IMG/VR virus record: IMGVR_UViG_3300023179_000347
Coordinates: 1-31,131 of that record
DNA from: a virus
Taxonomy: Duplodnaviria > Caudoviricetes
DNA length: 31,131 nucleotides
Direction: 5' to 3' (one strand)
Below the pieces are notes generated by a model that ran no database searches, had not been told where the DNA came from, and saw only the letters and a list, made by a program, of their open reading frames with translations. Every line of letters begins with the position of its first letter. The stretch's first letter is position 1. Below are positions 25,101-31,131 of the stretch, piece by piece. The translations under genes were made by a program, and so were the position numbers.

Positions 25101-28100
25101 TAGGGTCGCAGAAGACTACGCCCGACGAAATGGAATCCAGTTTAAACGACAGTCAGAGTGGGCAAAAGTAGACCCTGACCGGGCAAAGCGTATTGCTGAT
25201 GCCTATGAAGCAATGGAACACGCGCCAACCGACCCGGTTGTGCGTGAAGCATATGACAATTTAATAAATCAAACAGTTGCTCAGTATCAAGCGCTTGCTG
25301 ATGCCGGGTATAAGTTTTGGTTTATTGATTTAAACAATCCTGAAAACGTTGAGTATTTGTCTAGCCCTTGGAATGCCATGCGTGACATTCGCGCAAACAA
25401 GGAAATGGGCGTGTTCCCGACAAACTATGGGTTTGGTTCTGACGAAGAGTTCAGCCCAGAAGCCAATCCGTTGCTTAAAGACACGGGCATTAAGTGGCCG
25501 GTCGGTGGTGTTGATGGTCCGCTTCAACCGGTCCTTGCCAATGACCTATTTCGCGCTGTACATGATGCGTTCGGCCACGGTCTTGAAGGCGCAGGGTTCC
25601 GTGCAGATGGCGAAGAGAATGCTTGGCAAGCACACCGGAAACTGTTTACTGGTTCTGCGGTTGGTGCAATTACATCTGAAACGCGCGGGCAAAATAGCTG
25701 GTTAAACTTTGGCCCGCATGGCGAAAAGAACAGAAACGCAAAGGTTGAAGACACAATCTTTGCCGACCAGAAAACTGGGTTAATGCCAGAGTGGACATGG
25801 AATGAGGGCATTATTCCTGATGCTCAGTATGCCCTGCCGCGCACGGTTAACGTAGATGGCAAGGAACGTCCAACTGGCATTTTTGATTCATCACAATTAA
25901 AAGTGCTTCAGAACGAAGACTTTGATACCTATAGTGTTTACGGTCCGGATGATGAAAGAATTGGCCCGAAGTTTGAAACCGTTGAGGAAGCGCGCGACCT
26001 AGCAAATAGTTTGTCCAAGCCAATCCACCCAACTGTTGAGGGTGTAGAAAACTTTTGGCGTTGGTTTGGCAATAGCAAGACTGTTAATCGTTTCGGCGTT
26101 CCTCAAGTTTGGTACCACGGTACTGCGCGCGAAATCAGTAAATTTGAACCCAAACAAGCAAAAGCAATATTTCTTACACAAGACCCAGAGTTTGCTGAAG
26201 GTTTTGCTTCTGGTTCAGAGAGGTTTATGATAAGGAATGCCACAAAGTTTGTTGACGAAAAAATTGTAGAACAGGCAATTCGACGCGGAATTTCCAATGC
26301 CGTTGCTGACGGTCAGGTAGGTCGCGCCGCCGCGAATGATTGGCTTAAACACAGAAATGAATGGCAGACGAATGAACTTTTAACTGGCGCTCTTATGTCC
26401 CATATGGGCGACTATGTATCTGATGAAATTAAAAAAGAACTGCCATCTGGTCAAAACATCATTCCTATATTTGTCCGTGCCGAAAAACCATTTGATTACC
26501 GTAATGAAGGACACATTGATGACTTGACTGCTTGGGTAGAGTCTTTGGACAAACAAAATCCTGCGCGCAAATTCATCCTTAAAACTATGGATGAAATTGA
26601 AAATGGCGCGTGGGACCGTATTGAATCGCCCGCTGTTCAATCCTTCTTAAAGGAACGCGGCTACGATTCTTTCTTTGTTTCCGAAGGTGGCAAAAAGAAT
26701 CTTGCAGTTTATGACCCGAATCAAGTCAAGTCTGCCGTTGGTAACACGGGTGCGTTTAGCCGTGACTCCGGTGAGATTCAATATGCCCTGCCATTAAACC
26801 GCGAGGAACGAGATGAAATTGTTCGACGCGCTAAGGGCGACCGCGAGCTTGCAATCAAGATGCTTGGTTTTGCCAAGAACATGACGCCAGCAGAACGGAA
26901 TAAGTTAAGCCGTGCAAATGCAGTCAAGATGATTGACTTGCTTGGAACTTTCCCGGATGTTGATGAGTACGCTGCTGTTGCTTACGCTGGCCGTGCCAAG
27001 CGTGGCTGGTATGAAAACTCTGCAAAGGCACTTGTTACCGTATTTGGTAATGATGCCCCACGTTTCGCTGCGCTACTTGCCGCGCTATCACCCCAGTGTT
27101 CCGTTCAGACAAATCTTTTAAACGCACTCAATCTTTGGAAAAACTGGACCGCAGCAGGCCGCCCGCTGGAACGCAGAAAAATCATGGAGATTGCTGGCCG
27201 TTCAGTTCAAGGCAACAAGGGTGAAAAATCTGTTCTTGAGGCGTGGCAAAACAATTCCGTCAGGGCGCTTACAATTCCCGATGTAAACAAGTTGGTTCTT
27301 TCTGGCCCGAAGGTAAACTCGTTTTTCCGAAACTTGGTTGGCGTTACGGATGAGGTAACCAATGACGCATGGATGGCAAATTTTGCTTTCATCGACCAAG
27401 AGCTGTTTAAAGGTGAATTAAACAAAGCTGAAACAGAACCCGGCAAACGTCCGGGATACATGACCCAAAGCGTAATTGTTCGCCGTGCGGCAGACCGTTT
27501 AACCAAACTCACTGGTGAAAAGTGGACGCCAGCAGAAATTCAAGAAACAGTTTGGTCATGGGCTAAGGCTTTGTACGAAGGCGCCGAAAAGGAAGGCATT
27601 AGCGCCGCTCAATTTCTTACGGAAAAGAAACTTACAGACGAACTTATCAACAGCGTTCCTGACTTCAACAGCTTATTCTTTGACGAAGTCTATGAATCTA
27701 TTTTGCGTGGGGCGGGATATGGAAAACAACTTGACGAACTTGTACAACAGCGCAACCGAAATCGCGCAGAGCTATCAAAAGAAGAGCAAGACACTTATGG
27801 CGAAGCAAAACCATTTGGTTCAATTACTCAAGAAAAACTTGAAAAATCCGCAGCAGCGCGTCTTGACCGACTTAAGCAAAAACGAAAAGAAAGCGGTGTA
27901 GAAGAGCAGTTTGCTCTTCCGCAAAACATTCTTGGTCAGCCCGCACGTTTACCAACTTGGAACATCCCAACTGACTCCAAGTTGGACGATACAATTTATT
28001 ACTTGCAGGACAAGATGATTGACCTCAAAAAGGTCATTCAAGAGATTACTAAAATCGCCGGTAATATTGCTGATAGGTGGAATCCATACCTTCAGGAAGA

Positions 28101-30618
28101 GCTTTACCACGGTCGTACCGCGCAGCAGACAGAGCGTTTCCTGCGTACTGAGTTGCGCCCGCTGTTGACTGACCTTGCTAAACACAACATCACCATTACC
28201 GAATTTGAAGAGTTCCTGCACAACCGCCACGCCAAAGAACGTAATGACCAGATTGCCAGCATCAATCCTTCGATGCCGGATGCAGGTTCTGGCATTTCAA
28301 CTCAGGCTGCACAAAACTATTTAAACGCACTGCCACCGGCGCGCCGTCGTCTGTTGAACTCGATTGCACAAAAGGTCGATGACATCAATCGTGGCACCCG
28401 TCAGATTCTTGTTAAGTCTGGTCTTGAAACACCGCAGACGATTGCATCATGGGAGCAGACTTACCCCAACTATGTACCGTTGTTCCGTGAGGATGCAGAT
28501 TATGTGACCTCATCCGGATATGGCGTTGGTCAGGGATTTAACATTCGCGGTGAATTCTCAAAGCGGGCCACAGGTTCCACGCGGAACGTTGTAGACATTA
28601 TGGCGAACATAGTGATGCAACGTGAGCGCGCAATTGTTCGCGCCGAAAAGAATCGTGTGGCAAAGGCTTTGTATGGTCTGGCAGTACAGAACCCCAATCA
28701 AAAATTCTGGATGCCTATTGACCCCGAGGCAATCAAAAATCCAAATCAGATTCGTAATGAAATCATTGCAATGGGCATTAGTCCCAATGATTTGCAAAAC
28801 ATTTTTCAACAGCCGACCAAGCCAACTCTAGACCCAAGGACTGGGCTTGTCACTAACAAACTTGACCCGTTTGTTTTAAACAGCGACAACGTATTGGCTG
28901 TTCGGATTGATGGACGCAATCATTACTTGCTGTTTAACAATAACGAACCGCGCAGCAAACGCATGGTTACCGCCCTAAAGAATCTTGACGCTGACCAACT
29001 TGGTCGCGTGATGAATTTAATGGGCAAGATTAGTCGCTGGGTATCAAAAATTAACACTCAGTACAACCCTATTTTTGGTGTTGTCAACTTATTCCGTGAC
29101 GTACAAGGTGCCGTACTTAATCTATCCACTACCCCGATTGCTAAAAAAACCAAAGAGGTTATGAATTTAAATAACCTTACGGATGCAATGGGTGCAATCT
29201 GGAGTGTTTCCCGCGCAGAACGAAACAATAGCCGAATGCCCAATACACAATGGGCAAAGCTCTGGCAAGAATTTCAGGAAGAAGGCGGTCAGACTGGCTA
29301 CCGCAGCCAATACAGCAGCGCACAAGAACGCGCTGATGCGCTTCAAGATGAAATCAAAAAGATTTCTGAAGGTAAGTTAAGTCGTGCTGGTCGAGCCATG
29401 TTTGATGTCCTCAATGACTACAACACCTCGATGGAAAACGCGGTGCGTTTAAGCGCATACAAGGTGGCACTTGATAGCGGATTGTCAAAAGAACAAGCGG
29501 CTAGCGTCGCCAAGAATCTTACGGTCAACTTTAACCGTAAGGGTAAAATTGCAACTCAGGCTGGTGCGTTGTATTCGTTCTTTAATGCATCCATTCAAGG
29601 TACTGCGCGTTTAATTGAAACGATGGCCGGACCCGCCGGAAAAAAGATTCTTCTCGGTGGTTTTTTGCTTGGTGCAGTACAAGCAGCAATGCTTGCTGCC
29701 GCAGGATTCGATGATGATGAACCCCCTGAGTTCATCAAAGAACGCAACTTCATTATCCCGATAGGCGGGAAAAAGTACATCTCGATTCCGTTGCCGCTTG
29801 GGTATAACGTGATTCCCAACTTCACCCGCCATCTTGCTGAGATTGGAATTTCTGGTGGTAAAAACATTAATGACCACATCGTTGGCATCACGGGTTCTTT
29901 TATTGAATCATTTAACCCGATTGGTGGTGCTGGCTGGTCGTTGCAAACTCTTTTTCCCACGGCTCTTGACCCGTTTATTGCACTGGCAGAAAACAAAGAT
30001 TCTTTTGGTCGCCCGATTTACAGGGAAAACTTTTCCAATCTTGACCCCACGCCGGGTTATCTGCGTACCAAAGATTCGGCCACAGCGTTTAGCAAAGGTC
30101 TGTCAGAGTTTTTAAACGCAGCAAGCGGCGGCACAAAGTACAAGCCGGGGGTTGTTGATGTCACCCCCGACCAGATTGACTACTTGCTTGGTCAGGTTGG
30201 TGGTGGCGTGTTCCGCGAACTTCAGAAGACCGAGCAAACCGTTACAGGCGCTATCACTGGGGAAGAAGTCGCACCATACAAGATTCCGCTTGTTGGTCGT
30301 TTCTATGGGGATGCAGAATCTAACGCGGCCAAATCGCAGCTTTTCTACAAAAACATTGAACGTTTAAATGAACACGAAAACGAAATCAAGGGTCGTTTGA
30401 AGAATCGTGAACCAATTGCTGAATACATCAAAGAAAATCCAGAAGCTCGTTTAATCAAGATGAGCAACAGTATTGAGTACAACATTCGCAAGTTAAAGCA
30501 ACGCCGCGAACTATTGAAAGCGCGCGGCGGCAATGAACAGGCTATCAAGAATATTAACGACAGCATTGTTCGCTTGATGGTTCGCTTAAACGAACAAGTA
30601 GAAAAAGCGCAGGATTAA
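22168..30618 (+). CDS. Large polyvalent virion protein (zincin metallopeptidase + HDxxGH domain + ADP-ribosyltransferase-like + glycosylase-like + LPD38-like)
   Basis: 2816 aa. HETIH at 24559-24573 with downstream EEAIADAF; HDAFGH at 25561; WFGNSK...WYHGT...GYDS...DPNQVKS at about 26060-26740; WY...ALSPQ...GPKVNSF...VTNDAWM at about 27000-27560; KERNFIIP...IPLPLG...NKDSFGRPI at about 29730-30020. Confidence 0.9.
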   Translation: MPVSIDVPGLGPVSIPDNVPEGQVDSYINALAKKRGVDIAPPPPPAPKSYGIGAAAQDIGVSALGLVPSVVETFAEFTPTDRALAAIGAQRGIAGLMPETEIGKDISKYGVLRGTAKSLRDLQKDLYTEQAQAAQKEFQQKLAEQEGIAGQAGVAFKETLTTPELLTSQLPESLLSMIGGRGIVKGAEKLIKGVAPEFVKEAGEKAVGKAAEKLGAERVAKLKEFTGGPETLRTVAGGAALQGASVANQNFITTMDMPLEKLAATPEYQEAIESGMTPDEARLSVARGAANGALAPATALSIVAQYAVPGGSSFERLFAGATERTLGAQGALQVAKQIGKSTLGEAGSEALEEGGGQFISNIFTPGQEDLTQGVGAAVGAAGALGALMGGGAGGINALQARRAQQVIEERQAEEERARQELDARMPPVEQIQHPEPAQIAPEQVRSTAQGLVTSLQPGATFNLNDIVNTSGLAGGDAAAVANDLLNRGEIIREPGDAFSFRRVNDNERVVPLGNPDQSYVYTVPTTRAGSEINDGYTVESSALGVARDVANQEEADKLKQLMLDRAGEQAAVVDEQINNLIEQERQVTRTIEEAMLRPEITREQLQGLTESGTQASEKIKQEIAKLEEQKAAILAEPVVTPINPRAENGYEVRLHTPGEAARVLSGFATEQEAYDAIIDNASPEQERSIVEDPAYEGVRNRLEERAAQLEEAPLEAPLEVPLEAPEVTPEMQEKVELVSNRMRTVLDQMGLKNIGLNVQQRLQEAVNGKLTAVDGYYLNRVIAASLEGSRDVTSTIGHETIHALRELGMFSDKEWNILTKKAKSEWIKKYDIESRYEGVNLSDEKVIEEAIADAFGNWLQGNLEERGVVAGLFNRIKLFLQKVGDVFRGQGFTNSEDVFKRARTGKLQGERAAKEGEGAQYAKDMVGFVMPSGMAKLKGAEDVRQAGDGRGRGEGSRFAPLEGATSVRGFQGPDPRLVRVAEDYARRNGIQFKRQSEWAKVDPDRAKRIADAYEAMEHAPTDPVVREAYDNLINQTVAQYQALADAGYKFWFIDLNNPENVEYLSSPWNAMRDIRANKEMGVFPTNYGFGSDEEFSPEANPLLKDTGIKWPVGGVDGPLQPVLANDLFRAVHDAFGHGLEGAGFRADGEENAWQAHRKLFTGSAVGAITSETRGQNSWLNFGPHGEKNRNAKVEDTIFADQKTGLMPEWTWNEGIIPDAQYALPRTVNVDGKERPTGIFDSSQLKVLQNEDFDTYSVYGPDDERIGPKFETVEEARDLANSLSKPIHPTVEGVENFWRWFGNSKTVNRFGVPQVWYHGTAREISKFEPKQAKAIFLTQDPEFAEGFASGSERFMIRNATKFVDEKIVEQAIRRGISNAVADGQVGRAAANDWLKHRNEWQTNELLTGALMSHMGDYVSDEIKKELPSGQNIIPIFVRAEKPFDYRNEGHIDDLTAWVESLDKQNPARKFILKTMDEIENGAWDRIESPAVQSFLKERGYDSFFVSEGGKKNLAVYDPNQVKSAVGNTGAFSRDSGEIQYALPLNREERDEIVRRAKGDRELAIKMLGFAKNMTPAERNKLSRANAVKMIDLLGTFPDVDEYAAVAYAGRAKRGWYENSAKALVTVFGNDAPRFAALLAALSPQCSVQTNLLNALNLWKNWTAAGRPLERRKIMEIAGRSVQGNKGEKSVLEAWQNNSVRALTIPDVNKLVLSGPKVNSFFRNLVGVTDEVTNDAWMANFAFIDQELFKGELNKAETEPGKRPGYMTQSVIVRRAADRLTKLTGEKWTPAEIQETVWSWAKALYEGAEKEGISAAQFLTEKKLTDELINSVPDFNSLFFDEVYESILRGAGYGKQLDELVQQRNRNRAELSKEEQDTYGEAKPFGSITQEKLEKSAAARLDRLKQKRKESGVEEQFALPQNILGQPARLPTWNIPTDSKLDDTIYYLQDKMIDLKKVIQEITKIAGNIADRWNPYLQEELYHGRTAQQTERFLRTELRPLLTDLAKHNITITEFEEFLHNRHAKERNDQIASINPSMPDAGSGISTQAAQNYLNALPPARRRLLNSIAQKVDDINRGTRQILVKSGLETPQTIASWEQTYPNYVPLFREDADYVTSSGYGVGQGFNIRGEFSKRATGSTRNVVDIMANIVMQRERAIVRAEKNRVAKALYGLAVQNPNQKFWMPIDPEAIKNPNQIRNEIIAMGISPNDLQNIFQQPTKPTLDPRTGLVTNKLDPFVLNSDNVLAVRIDGRNHYLLFNNNEPRSKRMVTALKNLDADQLGRVMNLMGKISRWVSKINTQYNPIFGVVNLFRDVQGAVLNLSTTPIAKKTKEVMNLNNLTDAMGAIWSVSRAERNNSRMPNTQWAKLWQEFQEEGGQTGYRSQYSSAQERADALQDEIKKISEGKLSRAGRAMFDVLNDYNTSMENAVRLSAYKVALDSGLSKEQAASVAKNLTVNFNRKGKIATQAGALYSFFNASIQGTARLIETMAGPAGKKILLGGFLLGAVQAAMLAAAGFDDDEPPEFIKERNFIIPIGGKKYISIPLPLGYNVIPNFTRHLAEIGISGGKNINDHIVGITGSFIESFNPIGGAGWSLQTLFPTALDPFIALAENKDSFGRPIYRENFSNLDPTPGYLRTKDSATAFSKGLSEFLNAASGGTKYKPGVVDVTPDQIDYLLGQVGGGVFRELQKTEQTVTGAITGEEVAPYKIPLVGRFYGDAESNAAKSQLFYKNIERLNEHENEIKGRLKNREPIAEYIKENPEARLIKMSNSIEYNIRKLKQRRELLKARGGNEQAIKNINDSIVRLMVRLNEQVEKAQD
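24298..24342 (+). repeat. 12-bp tandem repeat GAAG(C/T)ACCTTTA, about 3.7 copies, encoding EAPL-EAPL-EVPL-EAP
   Basis: Read directly from the sequence; lies in the linker just before the metallopeptidase domain. Confidence 0.9.
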
Positions 30619-30782
30619 GTTTTGTTTACATGAACGAACGGGCAACTGAACTCGTTCTTCGGGTACTTCTCTTCGTAAACGTGTTGGATGAATTGACAAT
30701 CATCCTGTGAGTCAAAGGTGTTAATCCAATACACCTGACCGGCATGGAACATAATCAGATTAAACCAAATGTAGAACTCCAT
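30615..30782 (-). CDS. Small hypothetical protein (55 aa)
   Basis: Not in the ORF track. Reads MEFYIWFNLIMFHAGQVYWINTFDSQDDCQFIQHVYEEKYPKNEFSCPFVHVNKT*. Its ATG abuts the upstream stop (TAAATG), and its stop shares TTAA with the stop of the giant gene. Confidence 0.7.
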   Translation of the reverse strand: MEFYIWFNLIMFHAGQVYWINTFDSQDDCQFIQHVYEEKYPKNEFSCPFVHVNKT

Positions 30783-31073
30783 TTATTTAACCACCAACCG
30801 TTTGGTTTTGAAAAGATGAAGCAGTGTCGTTTCATGCGCCTTTTGCCATAGGTCAATGCGTTCTTCTTTTGACAGCTTGGAACCTTGGTCAATCTCGTGA
30901 TGGCAACGACTACATAGGAAGGCTATGAAGCAGTCGTGTGCCTTGATGCTCATGCCCTTGCCGTGTCGGCTTTGATTAGAGTGGGCTGAAACTATTGTGC
31001 CGTCATCAGCCCCACAGTTCATGCAGGGCTGGCCTTCGGCTGAGTCGGTGAGTTTTTTGTTGCGGTAGTTCAA
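30783..31073 (-). CDS. DUF1364 / YbcO-like Zn-binding His-Me nuclease-domain protein
   Basis: YRNKKL...CMNCG...VSAHSN...GKGMSIKAHD...LCSRCHHEID; TTG start overlaps an upstream TGA. Confidence 0.8.
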   Translation of the reverse strand: MNYRNKKLTDSAEGQPCMNCGADDGTIVSAHSNQSRHGKGMSIKAHDCFIAFLCSRCHHEIDQGSKLSKEERIDLWQKAHETTLLHLFKTKRLVVK

Positions 31074-31129
31074 TGAACTGTTGCCGCTTCTACTTCGGGA
31101 TTGCCAAGCCAGAACACGGGCTTAACCAC
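31070..31129 (-). CDS. C-terminal fragment of a gene running off the window edge
   Basis: Open frame ...VVKPVFWLGNPEVEAATVH*, whose TGA overlaps the TTG start of the next gene. Confidence 0.45.
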   Translation of the reverse strand: MVKPVFWLGNPEVEAATVH

Positions 31130-31131
31130 GC

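Larger units (their letters stand above)
1..31131. mobile_element. Bacteriophage (Caudoviricetes, podovirus-like) genome segment: morphogenesis, lysis and ejection module
   Basis: Dense, translationally coupled genes encoding lysozyme, Rz/Rz1, tail and fiber proteins, ejection-type proteins and a giant polyvalent protein. No host housekeeping genes and no long tape measure gene are present. Confidence 0.95.

Noticed and set aside
25279-25299. AQYQAL as an additional boundary motif
   Set aside because: The spacing differs from Q[YF]A[LV]P, and it lies in the middle of the HDxxGH module.
25561-25578. HDAFGH resembling the aromatic amino acid hydroxylase H[ED]xxGH motif
   Set aside because: The flanking PD...HVP context and the rest of that family's sequence are absent, so it was left as an unknown metal-binding domain.
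22168-30618. Intein or virion RNA polymerase within the giant ORF
   Set aside because: I recognised no intein C/S...HN splice motifs or LAGLIDADG motif, and no DxDGD or T7-type polymerase motifs.
1-31131. CRISPR array, tRNA/ncRNA genes, alternative genetic code
   Set aside because: There is almost no intergenic space, no spaced direct repeats or cloverleaf were seen, and genes tile cleanly using TAA, TGA and TAG as stops.

Overview
This window is the late (virion morphogenesis and lysis) region of a tailed dsDNA phage, probably podovirus-like and infecting a Gram-negative host, as shown by an embedded Rz/Rz1 spanin pair with a lipobox. About 30 tightly coupled + strand genes run from 3 to 30618. 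In order they are: an Endo VII-type nuclease fragment, a holin-like gene, a cluster of small basic proteins, head-tail adaptor and tail genes, Gly-rich and LamG receptor-binding proteins, a 2OG-Fe(II) oxygenase, lysozyme-Rz-Rz1, an apparently split tail nozzle gene, ejection proteins, and a 2816-aa polyvalent protein. A convergent - strand unit starts at the right end. The two most striking patterns are at the protein level. (1) The 2816-aa protein looks like a polyprotein: a HExxH zincin domain is followed by effector modules (an HDxxGH domain, an ADP-ribosyltransferase-like domain, a glycosylase-like domain and an LPD38-like C-terminus), and each boundary carries a recurring Q[YF]A(LP) motif. 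(2) A short [FYML]-x-x-G-G tag recurs about 17 times in 8 otherwise unrelated proteins, often as tandem pairs 8 residues apart, including next to a tape-measure-like SDDIPA...GEFV domain. Both suggest motif-directed processing or packaging of injected cargo. All family assignments come from motif recognition by eye; no searches were run.
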